Assembly: GCA_038204165.1 (NCBI GenBank) | Contig: JBBRDG010000006.1 | Location: 1 to 58,252 of the forward strand | Length of the DNA: 58,252 bases | From: Elusimicrobiales bacterium | Lineage (GTDB): Bacteria; Elusimicrobiota; Elusimicrobia; Elusimicrobiales; UBA9959 | Reading direction: 5' to 3' | In this document: positions 9,887-18,684 of the stretch, piece after piece | Layout: every line of letters starts with the position of its first letter | How positions within the stretch are numbered: the stretch's first letter is position 1 | Translations under genes and position numbers: made by a program | Notes under the pieces: generated by a model | Database searches by the model: none | What the model was told of the DNA's origin: nothing | The model's input: only the letters and a program-made list of their open reading frames with translations

Positions 9887-10003
9887 TATTTAAATTAACA
9901 ATTACCCCACCCATTCAAGATAAATCCGATTTGCCCACCCAATATTAAAAAACGAGGTGGTCACTGATTGTGACCACCTCTGCTTAAACCCGGACATATT
10001 CGT

Positions 10004-10212
10004 TTACTGTGCCGCTTTACGGTTAGTTATCCATTCAATGGTTTTCTGTATGACTACGCCCCTAATAAAACCGTCAAACACGATTGAGACTATCCCCATC
10101 CATGGAGTCTCTCGTAGCAATAATGCATTCTGCACACTCGGCATCTCAAAGAGACAGAGGAATGGCACACATAAAATTCCTCTAATGATTGAGAGAACAC
10201 GGACAGGATATT
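10004..10212 (-). pseudogene. 3' fragment of a probable membrane-protein gene
   Basis: AT-rich open frame YPVRVLSIIRGILCVPFLCLFEMP...IEWITNRKAAQ* whose 5' end runs into the MITE at 10213. Confidence 0.4.
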
Positions 10213-10311
10213 GGGGACAGCGCCCTGTTATTGTTTTTTGCGCCTACCGTCGAAATCATTCGACATCACGGCATGGCAAATTCCAATCTCAAATGATAAT
10301 AGGGCGTCCCC
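10213..10311. mobile_element. ~100-bp MITE/REP-like element, copy 1
   Basis: Terminal inverted repeats GGGGACAGCGCCCTGTTATTG ... TGATAATAGGGCGTCCCC; homologous along its length to copy 2. Confidence 0.7.
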
Positions 10312-10332
10312 CGTTTCCTCTAAAGCTTTTGA

Positions 10333-10467
10333 TTATTCAGGACAATGATAGACACTCCCGGAAAGGGTAATGCTCATTTCTTTGCCAAAAACGTTTGTCC
10401 CGCTTCTGTCTGTGAGAATTGTTACGGTGTTGCCGCCCATCTTTGCTGCTTTGTTTTTTAAATCTAT
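10333..10467 (-). pseudogene. 3' fragment of a DUF4156-like lipoprotein gene
   Basis: IDLKNKAAKMGGNTVTIL...SGSVYHCPE*, resembling the LxNxAAxMGGN...VYxC pattern of DUF4156. The 5' part is missing at the MITE boundary. Confidence 0.55.
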
Positions 10468-10470
10468 ATT

Positions 10471-10570
10471 GGGGACAGCGCCCTATAATTATTTTTCACA
10501 TCCCCATGCAATCATTCGCCTTCACAGCACAGTAAATTGTGCTCTCAAATGATAATAGGGCGCTGTCCCT
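10471..10570. mobile_element. ~100-bp MITE/REP-like element, copy 2
   Basis: GGGGACAGCGCCCTATAATTATTT ... AAATGATAATAGGGCGCTGTCCCT. Shares ATATTGGGGACAGCGCCCT, AATCATTCG and TCTCAAATGATAATAGGGCG with copy 1. Confidence 0.72.
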
Positions 10571-10712
10571 AGTATTCTCGCTGGTGGCGGAGGTGGCTTG
10601 TCAGGTGTGTGTGGGGGGCGGTGGCTATTTTGGCGAGGGTTTGGATGGTGAGGTTCTGGTTGGCGCGCTCTAGGCGGGAGATTACGGACTGGGTGGGGCT
10701 AATGTTTTAGCC

Positions 10713-11456
10713 TTAGACCCCGAGCATCATCTTCAGGAGCCGGTTTTGGGTGGGGACGGGGAAGAGGGCGAACTCGCGGCCGGTGGTTTCCATGCCAGTG
10801 TAGGTGCCGAACATCCGGTCCCAGAAGGTGAAGACAAAGCCCAGGTTCCGGTTCGTTAGGCCTTTCGCCCCGTGGTGGATGCGGTGAAAGTTGGGCGTGA
10901 CGATAACCTTCCCCAACGGCCCGAAATCAACCCAGATGTTAGTGTGGATCCAGAGATTAACCACCACCCCGAAAGAGAAAGCCAGACCGGATTCAGTAAC
11001 GCTCAGGCCCAGCAAGTAATACGCAATGAAGATCTGCGGTATCCCGAACAGGAAAAGATGCACCACGCTGGTACGCGAACCCGACAGCCACCAGATCTGC
11101 CCTATCGAATGGTGGAAGTTGTGCGTAAAAAAGAAGCGCGGCAGATGCATTAACCTGTGCACCCAATAGAGCGAAAAATCGGTTAGCAGGACAGCAAGCA
11201 ACACCTTTGGCAAGGACGGCAGCCGCGTAAATGGATTCCCCTCCAGCACCCCCATCCCCAGCATGGTCAGCCCGCCCTTGGCCAGGTCCTTACAGCCCTC
11301 GCCCACAAAAATAACCGTCAGCATCGCCGCAATGTTCAGCGGCAGCTCGTAACGCCTCTCCACCTGAAACCCAGGTCTGCGCCTCTCCAGATAATCGAAG
11401 AAAAGCACCGCCGCGATAAACGTCGTCACCGAAAGCAACTGTTCTTGTAAGCTCAT
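10713..11456 (-). CDS. Sterol desaturase / fatty acid hydroxylase family protein
   Basis: His boxes YWVHRLMH, HNFHHS, WIHTN and FHRIHH; FWDRMFGT. Start MSLQEQ lies 6 nt after TATAAT. Confidence 0.88.
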   Translation of the reverse strand: MSLQEQLLSVTTFIAAVLFFDYLERRRPGFQVERRYELPLNIAAMLTVIFVGEGCKDLAKGGLTMLGMGVLEGNPFTRLPSLPKVLLAVLLTDFSLYWVHRLMHLPRFFFTHNFHHSIGQIWWLSGSRTSVVHLFLFGIPQIFIAYYLLGLSVTESGLAFSFGVVVNLWIHTNIWVDFGPLGKVIVTPNFHRIHHGAKGLTNRNLGFVFTFWDRMFGTYTGMETTGREFALFPVPTQNRLLKMMLGV

Positions 11457-11578
11457 ACCCGCATTATAATAATCCAGGACCAAAAAACCAATGACTATTT
11501 AAGAGGGGGACTGGGTCGGCGGGTCGGCCAACCCCTGACTTCGCATCTCGCGATTATTAGTTTGTAGAAAACCGGAAA

Positions 11579-13066
11579 TTATTTGGCGCGGGTCCACACG
11601 GCGTAGTTGGGACCGTTGGCGGCCAGGGTCCAGCCGGGGCCGGCGGGGGACCAGGCCCAGCTTGAGCCCAGCTTTACGGCCACGTCCTGCTTGGCGCCGG
11701 TGGTTACGGCGGCGTAAAGGTCTTTGCCGGCGGCCAGCACGCTGACCGGGCTTACAGAGTTAAGACCGGCGCCCTTGCGGATGGCCACCAGCTTGGTGAT
11801 CTGGTCGCGGTAGGTCTGGCCCCAGTCGAAGAAATGCGGCCAGAACACGCTGGGGATGCCCGGGTGCGTAAGGATGTAGGCGTAGGCCTGCATGCGCTGT
11901 TCTTTGTAGTCCTGGGTGAAATTGAAATTCGGGTCGCGCGGGGCGGTGTCGTGGTTCTCCACAAAGGTCACCGTCTTCATGGGCCACCAGCCTATAAGCC
12001 CCGACGGTTTGCCGTTGTCGTTCAGCCCGGTGTAATCCCCGCTCTGCGCCGCGTACTCCACGTTAAAATGCGTGGGATAGTCGAAAGTGGAAGAAGCGTT
12101 GGCCTTGCCCTGGGAAGTGTCGGTGCCGTCCATCCAGTCCGCCAGGATTTTCCGGTCGTGCTGCCAGTATTCGCCCACGCTGAAAGCCGGCTGCGAACCG
12201 TTGTTGAATTCCTGAATATGGTACGGCGCGTAGCCGTTCACAAAATCGTAGCGCCAGCCGTCGTAGCCTATGGTGTAGCGCAGCCAGCGCAGGAACACTA
12301 TGGTATCCTTCATCACCAGCGGGTTCCGGTGGTCCAGGTTACGCGAGCCGGGATCCAGCATGCCTTCGGAATAGTTGGGGCTCTTGCCGTTGAACGGCGC
12401 GCCGGCCACGCCTGGCCAGGAATCGTTCTGCGCTATTACGTTTGTAGGCCAGTCGGGGTTGTAAAAATCAGCCCAGCCATCGCGCCCGCTGCGGTGGTTC
12501 AGCACCGCGTCCGCCAGCACCTTGATGCCGTTGGAATGCATGGCTTTAATGGCGCCCTGCAGTCCTTCGCGCGTGCCCCACTGCGAATGCAAATTGTACA
12601 GTTCCATCTGGTAATAGCTGCCCACGCCGGCGGGCGGAAACCACACCAGCGTAAAGCCGGCGTTTTTAAGGTCGGCAGCGTGCGAGGCTACTTCCCCCCA
12701 CCAGCCTTTCTCCAAATGCAGCCAGTAATTGTCGGCGAACCAGTGGAAGCACTGGAACATCACGTCGGAGCTGGGCGCGGAATCTATACGGCTCTGCCTG
12801 GGCGGGGTAAAGACGCCGTCCGCATAAAGCTTGTTCGCCTTCTGCCATTCCGTATAGGCCGCAGCCGATTCGGCCACAGCCCCGGCACAGGGCGGCACCT
12901 GAGCGTGGTGGCAGGCGGAAAGATCGTAGCCGCGCTGGGGGGCGGGCACGGTGAACGCGGCCGAGCCGCCCGGGGCCTGGCGCAGTTGGGCCAGCGGGGC
13001 GCCTTCGTCCACGGCGGCGGACAAAGAAGAAGCCGCCAGCATTATTGAGAGTGCCTTTTTTAACAT
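11579..13066 (-). CDS. Secreted alpha-amylase (GH13, plant-like)
   Basis: Signal peptide MLKKALSIML; DAVLNHR, GWRYDF, VGEYW, GWWP..VTFVENHDT and YAYILTHPG. Confidence 0.88.
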   Translation of the reverse strand: MLKKALSIMLAASSLSAAVDEGAPLAQLRQAPGGSAAFTVPAPQRGYDLSACHHAQVPPCAGAVAESAAAYTEWQKANKLYADGVFTPPRQSRIDSAPSSDVMFQCFHWFADNYWLHLEKGWWGEVASHAADLKNAGFTLVWFPPAGVGSYYQMELYNLHSQWGTREGLQGAIKAMHSNGIKVLADAVLNHRSGRDGWADFYNPDWPTNVIAQNDSWPGVAGAPFNGKSPNYSEGMLDPGSRNLDHRNPLVMKDTIVFLRWLRYTIGYDGWRYDFVNGYAPYHIQEFNNGSQPAFSVGEYWQHDRKILADWMDGTDTSQGKANASSTFDYPTHFNVEYAAQSGDYTGLNDNGKPSGLIGWWPMKTVTFVENHDTAPRDPNFNFTQDYKEQRMQAYAYILTHPGIPSVFWPHFFDWGQTYRDQITKLVAIRKGAGLNSVSPVSVLAAGKDLYAAVTTGAKQDVAVKLGSSWAWSPAGPGWTLAANGPNYAVWTRAK

Positions 13067-13181
13067 ATACGTCTGCTGAATATTATAGCCTCCGGATCTC
13101 TCCCGCGCAAGGCACCAGGAACCTTGAAGAGGTTTAAGGCATAAATTTTGTATAAATATGTAAGGTAGGAAGGAGAACGAT

Positions 13182-13889
13182 ATGACGCCTGAACAATTTA
13201 ACGAAGAACTCAAGAAGGCCTGCGGCGAGAACCTGCTGGCGGTGGTGCTTTACGGGTCTGCCGCGGCCGGGGACCAGCTCCCCGGAAAGTCCAGCTACAA
13301 CACCCTGCTGGTGCTGAAAGATTGCCATGTTAACGGTCTTAAAGCCGTAACTACCGCCTGCAAAGACTGGCTGAAAAAAGACAACCCGCCGCCCCTGATC
13401 TTTACAAAAGAACAGCTGCTCTCCTCCGGCGACACTTTCCCGATAGAACTGGCTGACATGAAGGACTTCCACCGGACGCTGCACGGCGAAGACCTGCTGC
13501 CCGGGATAAAGATTGAACCCGCCGACCTGCGCCTGGCTGTGGAGCGCGAATTTAAAGGCAAGCTGTTGCTGCTGCGCCGCTCCTACCTGCTTGCCGAGGG
13601 CGAAAAGAAAGTGCTGGCCGCCTTAATGACGGATTCCATTTCAGAAGTATTGGTACTCTGCCGGGCCGCGCTCCGCCTGCATACAGCCACCGTCCCCGGT
13701 GCCAAGCTGGACTGTGTAACAGAACTTAAGAAACACACAGATTTCGACGCGGCCGTTTTTGCCGAAGTACACGGATTACGCGCCGCAGGCGGCAAGCATA
13801 CCGGAGACACCGAACTGCTTTTTGAGCGCTACCTGAACGCTACAGGCACGCTCTGCGCGGCGGTAGACACTTGGAGCGGGAGCAAATGA
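13182..13889 (+). CDS. Nucleotidyltransferase-fold protein
   Basis: LLAVVLYGSAAAGD; D(T)FPIE..DMK....L.GED family pattern. Confidence 0.65.
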   Translation: MTPEQFNEELKKACGENLLAVVLYGSAAAGDQLPGKSSYNTLLVLKDCHVNGLKAVTTACKDWLKKDNPPPLIFTKEQLLSSGDTFPIELADMKDFHRTLHGEDLLPGIKIEPADLRLAVEREFKGKLLLLRRSYLLAEGEKKVLAALMTDSISEVLVLCRAALRLHTATVPGAKLDCVTELKKHTDFDAAVFAEVHGLRAAGGKHTGDTELLFERYLNATGTLCAAVDTWSGSK

Positions 13890-14212
13890 AGACCTCCCGC
13901 AAACTGTTACTGATAGCCGCCGCGGCTGGCATGCTTACCCTGCTGCCGCCCGTGCCCAGGCCGGCCTCGGCCGCCATAACGCTCACCTCTTGGGACGACG
14001 AAAACCCAGAGATGGAGAGCGCCCCGCAGCGGTTCTTCGCCGCCTACGGCAAGTATTTATTCTTCGCGCTGCCGCTGGCGATGTTCCTGATTTATTTTTT
14101 AATAATGGGCCCGGCGGATATGCTGGAAGCCGGGCGCATTGCGCAGCGGCAAAGATGGGGAAGCGGCGGCTTCATCCACCGCGGTGGTTTCGGCGGCAAC
14201 CTCTTCCGCTAG
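13886..14212 (+). CDS. Small membrane protein with Gly-rich C-terminal tail
   Basis: ATGA overlap with the upstream gene; signal peptide, one TM helix and a GGFGG tail. Confidence 0.55.
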   Translation: MKTSRKLLLIAAAAGMLTLLPPVPRPASAAITLTSWDDENPEMESAPQRFFAAYGKYLFFALPLAMFLIYFLIMGPADMLEAGRIAQRQRWGSGGFIHRGGFGGNLFR

Positions 14213-14281
14213 AGTTATAGCTGGAAGCAAGAGCTTTATAGTTTTGTTCGCACTTTATATATTCGGCAAAGGAGCCACCTA

Positions 14282-15520
14282 ATGAAAGAACAACTGCTTA
14301 AAAAGATAGAGACCTACGAGGAGTACGCCATAGAGCTGCAGCGCGGCATGACCGCCATTCCCGCCCTGGCTCCCTCGAGCGGCGGCACCGGCGAGTACGA
14401 CAAAGCCGTATTCCTGGAAAGCGAGCTCAAGAAACTTAAATTCGATTCCATCGAGTGGATCAACGCCCCCCAGAAAGAAGCCAAGAACGGCATCCGCCCC
14501 AACCTTATCGCCCGCTACAAGGGCAAGAGTTCCGCCAAGACCATCTGGTTCATGGCCCACATGGACGTAGTTCCCCCCGGCGAGGCCAAGCTGTGGAACT
14601 CCGACCCCTACCAGATGGTGGTTAAGGACGGCAAGCTTATAGGCCGCGGCGTGGAAGACAACCAGCAAGCCATCGCCTCCAGCATGGTGGTGGTAAGAGC
14701 CATGATGGACCTGAACTACCGCCCCGAATACGACATAGCGCTGCTGTTCTGCGCCGATGAAGAAACCGGCTCCGGCTTTGGCGCCGACTACGTTTCCGAA
14801 AAGCACCCCGAGATCTTCGGCAAGGACGACGTTTTCTTTGTGCCGGACTCCGGCTGCGAGGACGGCTCCGCCATAGAAGTAGCCGAAAAATCCATTATGT
14901 GGATGAAGGTCATAACCCACGGCAAACAGTGCCACGCCAGCCGCCCCTCGCTCGGCATCAACGCCTTTAAAGCCGCCAGCGAGCTGGTGGTGAAGTTCGG
15001 ATCCCTTTACGAGAAGTTCCCCCACAAGGACGACCTGTACGAGCCGCCCATCAGCACCTTCGAGCCCACCAAAAAAGAGAACAACGTGCCCAACGTGAAC
15101 ACGCTGCCCGGTGAGGACGTGTTCTACATGGACTGCCGTGTAATGCCCAAATACCTGCTTACCGAGGTGAAGGCAGAAATGCGCCGCCTGGCCGACGAAG
15201 TGGAAAAGAAGCACGGCGTGAAGATCGCCTTCGAGCCGCAGCAGGAAGCGCAGGCCGCGCCCCCCACCGACCCTAACGCCCCGATTGTGGTGTATCTCAA
15301 GAAAGCCATAAAGGAAGTGCTGGGCGTGGAAGCCAAGGCCTACGGCATTGGCGGCGGCACGGTGGCCGCGTTCTTCAGGCGGCTTAATCTGCCCGTGGTG
15401 GTGTATTCCCGCCTCAATGAAACCTGCCACATGCCCAACGAGTACACCCTGGTAGAGAACATGATGGGCGACGCCAAAGTCTTCATGATAACCACGCTGC
15501 TGCTCTGCGAAAAGAAGTAA
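14282..15520 (+). CDS. M20 metallohydrolase (ArgE/DapE family)
   Basis: HMDVVPPG, GRGVEDN, DEETGS, GKQCHAS and CHMPNE. Confidence 0.9.
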   Translation: MKEQLLKKIETYEEYAIELQRGMTAIPALAPSSGGTGEYDKAVFLESELKKLKFDSIEWINAPQKEAKNGIRPNLIARYKGKSSAKTIWFMAHMDVVPPGEAKLWNSDPYQMVVKDGKLIGRGVEDNQQAIASSMVVVRAMMDLNYRPEYDIALLFCADEETGSGFGADYVSEKHPEIFGKDDVFFVPDSGCEDGSAIEVAEKSIMWMKVITHGKQCHASRPSLGINAFKAASELVVKFGSLYEKFPHKDDLYEPPISTFEPTKKENNVPNVNTLPGEDVFYMDCRVMPKYLLTEVKAEMRRLADEVEKKHGVKIAFEPQQEAQAAPPTDPNAPIVVYLKKAIKEVLGVEAKAYGIGGGTVAAFFRRLNLPVVVYSRLNETCHMPNEYTLVENMMGDAKVFMITTLLLCEKK

Positions 15521-15528
15521 AACCAGCG

Positions 15529-15568
15529 ATAAATAAGAAAGGCGCCTACGGGCGCCTTTCTTATTTAT
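15529..15568. terminator. Intrinsic terminator with perfect 18-bp arms
   Basis: ATAAATAAGAAAGGCGCC-tacg-GGCGCCTTTCTTATTTAT. Confidence 0.85.
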
Positions 15569-15641
15569 AGGTCTTTAGACCCTCTATTTTCACGGTCCTA
15601 TGGCTCTTACATAACAGCCGCGTGAGGGCTACACTATATTA

Positions 15642-16928
15642 ATGCGCAAATTTATTTTTCTTCTCCTGACCTTCACGCTATGCCCAGGCCTCTACGCTTT
15701 CGACTTACCCGGCATGAACGCCGCTCAGGTCGCTGAAAGGGCCGCAGACCTCCAGATTCCACTATCCGCCCCGGTTCAAGACCGGACCGAAACCGCCCGC
15801 GCTGAGGCCTCTTTCGCCGCTTACGTGGTCAACGGCGTTAATATAGTGGTGCCGAACATAGGCTGCGGCAGGGACCTGCTGGCCGTGCTGCCCGCCGGCG
15901 AAAAACCAGAAGCCATGGCCGTTAAACTGCGCGCCGCTTTCAATTCTTCCGCCTCCGCCAAGCCGGTAGTCCTGCAGCCCAAGGCCAAAGCCGAACTGGA
16001 CCTGGCCGCGCAGAACCACGGTGCCGCCATAGTTTCCCTGAACCAGTTCCTGCCACAGGGCGCAGCGGCGCTGTTCAACCGCGAGCCTAACTTCGCCGGG
16101 CCCAACTGCTTCAACGCCGCTTTCACCGCCGCCGGCCTGATGACCGCCGACAAGCTCCGCCACGTGGGCAACCCCGAGGCCGACCAGCTGCTTTCCATGT
16201 ACTTCAAGAGCGTGTCCCCGGCCAGCCTGCAACCCGGCGACGTGCTGGTGCTGAACGGCGGCGACCACGCGGTGTTCTACCTTGGCGGCGGCCTCATCTT
16301 CCACAAGAAGAGCTACCTCAAGCAGCACATCTACCGTATCGTGCAGCTGGAGAAGGCCTACGAGGCCGAGCCTTTCGAATGGAAGCCCGGCATCTTCGAC
16401 GGCGGCAGCCCCTTCAACGATTCCGAGACCATACATAAGAAAGAAGCGTGGCGCCCCAACGGCGCGCAGTACCAATTCGGCCAGGCCAGCGCCGATGAGA
16501 CCGCCAAGGTCAACGCGATAATTCTGATAACCGAGAACGCCGAGAAGCAGGCGCCCAACTGGGCCCTGGCCCGCGAGCTGGGCTACTTCTCCGAGCGGCT
16601 GCTGGAGAATTTGGTGGACGACTGGAGCCCCATGGCCAAAAGCCCCAACCCGGTGCTCCGCGCCTACTACCACAAACTGGAAAGCCTGCGCGACCAGGCC
16701 AACCAGAGCATAGAAGTGGAACTGCTTTCCTCTCCCAACGCCCAGTCCAACGCCAACGAAATCCTGAAACGCGTCTGGCTGCCCCGCAACGCTTATTCGC
16801 GCGGGCTGGTGACGCAGCTGCTTAAGATCTACGGCCGCGACGCCTCCGCCCTGGACAAGGTGCTGGACGCCATCGAAAAAGATTACGACAATAGCCCGCT
16901 AAAACATATCAAGACGGCCGGGCTCTAA
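15642..16928 (+). CDS. Secreted hypothetical protein with NlpC/P60-like papain-fold motif
   Basis: Signal peptide; GPNCFNAA...LQPGDVLV..DHAVFYLGGGLIFHK. Confidence 0.6.
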   Translation: MRKFIFLLLTFTLCPGLYAFDLPGMNAAQVAERAADLQIPLSAPVQDRTETARAEASFAAYVVNGVNIVVPNIGCGRDLLAVLPAGEKPEAMAVKLRAAFNSSASAKPVVLQPKAKAELDLAAQNHGAAIVSLNQFLPQGAAALFNREPNFAGPNCFNAAFTAAGLMTADKLRHVGNPEADQLLSMYFKSVSPASLQPGDVLVLNGGDHAVFYLGGGLIFHKKSYLKQHIYRIVQLEKAYEAEPFEWKPGIFDGGSPFNDSETIHKKEAWRPNGAQYQFGQASADETAKVNAIILITENAEKQAPNWALARELGYFSERLLENLVDDWSPMAKSPNPVLRAYYHKLESLRDQANQSIEVELLSSPNAQSNANEILKRVWLPRNAYSRGLVTQLLKIYGRDASALDKVLDAIEKDYDNSPLKHIKTAGL

Positions 16929-16945
16929 ACTGGCCTAAAAAACCT

Positions 16946-16985
16946 AACCACCGGGAACTCTCCCGGCGGTTCGTTTTTTATTTTT
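16946..16985 (+). terminator. Intrinsic terminator
   Basis: AACCaCCGGGA-actc-TCCCGGcGGTT followed by T-runs. Confidence 0.65.
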
Positions 16986-17045
16986 CGCAAATAGGTCTAA
17001 AGCCCCAACCCTCCCTTAAGTATTTAGTTATAATTAAATAGCTAT

Positions 17046-17726
17046 ATGCCTCAGGAAAAAATAACGGAAGACGGGAACTGGGCGGACAAAGATTACTCCG
17101 CGCACTACAACAGCCTCTACGCCACCCCGGCGGAGGAATTCCGCGCCTGCCTTGAAAAACTTAGCCCCGGCCCCTCCGACATGCTCCTGGACCTCGGCTG
17201 CGGCAACGGTGAGTTCCTTAAGCTGGCCCTGGCCAAAGTTTCCGGCGCCGTCGGCGTGGACCTGTCGGACAGCCAGCTGGGACAGGCGGCGCTGCGGTTT
17301 AAAGGCGACGCCCGCGTAAAGCTGGTTAAGTCCGCCTTCCTGGACTTCCGCCCCGAACCCGGTGCCTTCACCCGCGGTTTTTCCCGCAAGGCGCTGCACC
17401 ACCTGGAAGACGCGGACAAGCCCGTCTTCTTCGAACGGCTCGGCCGCGGCTTCAAACCCGGCGCGCTGTTCCTGCTGGAGGACGGCATCTTCGATTTCGA
17501 GCGTTCGGAACTGGAACTGAACTGGGAGGCCCTGATGAAGGACTGCGCCGCTTACTACGGCGCCGGCTGGGAGAGTAAGAAGGCCGACGTTTCTTTCTGT
17601 TTTAGGCAGGAATTCCCCACCGGGATCAAAGCCTGGACGGCCGCGTTGGACGCCGGCGGGTTCAGAGTGGTAGAGCGGGAGCGCCGCAGCTCCTTTTACG
17701 GTTCGCTCCTTGCTAAAAAAATCTGA
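17046..17726 (+). CDS. Class I SAM-dependent methyltransferase
   Basis: LLDLGCGNG, GVDLS, ALHHL and KPGALFLLED. Confidence 0.88.
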   Translation: MPQEKITEDGNWADKDYSAHYNSLYATPAEEFRACLEKLSPGPSDMLLDLGCGNGEFLKLALAKVSGAVGVDLSDSQLGQAALRFKGDARVKLVKSAFLDFRPEPGAFTRGFSRKALHHLEDADKPVFFERLGRGFKPGALFLLEDGIFDFERSELELNWEALMKDCAAYYGAGWESKKADVSFCFRQEFPTGIKAWTAALDAGGFRVVERERRSSFYGSLLAKKI

Positions 17727-17742
17727 GCCACGGAGAGCTTCA

Positions 17743-18684
17743 ATGGAAAAACTAGAACTTTTCGCTAAAGGCTGCCTGGGCACCTGTTGGTACGGCAAGT
17801 ATCATTACCTGGAACCCTGGGCCGGCTGCGGCCATGATTGCCCCTACTGCTACGCCCGCTTCCGCAGCCCGGTAACGGACAAGCTCAAGGAGTTGAACAC
17901 GGTCTTCACCAGCCCCAAGCCCCTCTACCCGGAACAGGAACTGCTGGAGCGGATAGCGGCTACGGCTAATTCAGGAGAGGTAAACATCCTGAAGCTCTGC
18001 CGCTACACGGATATTTTCACGCCTGAATTCGTTAAGAACGGCCTGTCCTTCAAGATCCTGGAAATACTTACCGCTTCCAAAGTAGGCCGGGTCATAATCA
18101 CGACCAAAGGCCTGCCGGATAAAAAAATAATCGGCCTTATTTCCGCTAACCCGAAAAAATTCTCCTACAACGCCGCGGCCCGCCCGCCGAACCGGGTAGT
18201 TATGGAAAGAGGGCTGGAGCCTCTCGGCGCCAGGCTGGAAGCCGCGGCCGTCATTAGCGCCGCCGGGGTACGTACGACCATTCACATGGACCCTTTCGTG
18301 GCGGGTTTCGACGACGACGCGGAGGCGCTCGGGAAGTTCCTCGCCCGGCTTAAGGCTCTTGGCCTTAACCGCGTTATGTTCTCCTACCTGCTGCTGTGCG
18401 AGGACATGGTGAACAGCCTGGCCAAAGTTATGGAACCCGGTCTGCTGGAAGAGATAAAGGCCAAATACGACATACGCGCCGGCCGGCAGTATCTCCCGAA
18501 CCAGGAAGAGACCGCATACTGGAGCATACGGCCTGATGTAAAAAAGGACTCCGTTGAAAAGACCGCCGCCATGCTAGACGAGATGGGCTTCGAATTCGTG
18601 CTCTGTTCGCTCAAGAACACGCCCGGCCTCGACACCACCAAGTTTAAAGGCACCAGGCTCTGCGACGGCAAATTCTATGCCTAA
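17743..18684 (+). CDS. Radical SAM protein, spore-photoproduct-lyase-like family
   Basis: CxxxCxxC in EPWAGCGHDCPYCYAR; ITTK; ME...P...RL motif. ATG at 17743 follows GGAGAG. Confidence 0.8.
   Translation: MEKLELFAKGCLGTCWYGKYHYLEPWAGCGHDCPYCYARFRSPVTDKLKELNTVFTSPKPLYPEQELLERIAATANSGEVNILKLCRYTDIFTPEFVKNGLSFKILEILTASKVGRVIITTKGLPDKKIIGLISANPKKFSYNAAARPPNRVVMERGLEPLGARLEAAAVISAAGVRTTIHMDPFVAGFDDDAEALGKFLARLKALGLNRVMFSYLLLCEDMVNSLAKVMEPGLLEEIKAKYDIRAGRQYLPNQEETAYWSIRPDVKKDSVEKTAAMLDEMGFEFVLCSLKNTPGLDTTKFKGTRLCDGKFYA

Noticed and set aside
9957-10552. Plus-strand ORFs 9957-10370 and 10370-10552
   Set aside because: They cross the MITEs and lie antisense to more protein-like fragments
10213-10570. 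CRISPR array or integron attC array interpretation
   Set aside because: Only two ~100-bp units with a 159-bp spacer; no cas or intI gene; no RYYYAAC/GTTRRRY ends
10575-10710. G/T-skewed low-complexity stretch
   Set aside because: No repeat unit, ORF or convincing structure found
16930-17045. Possible RiPP precursor upstream of the biosynthetic operon
   Set aside because: The space holds only a terminator and a promoter; no credible small ORF
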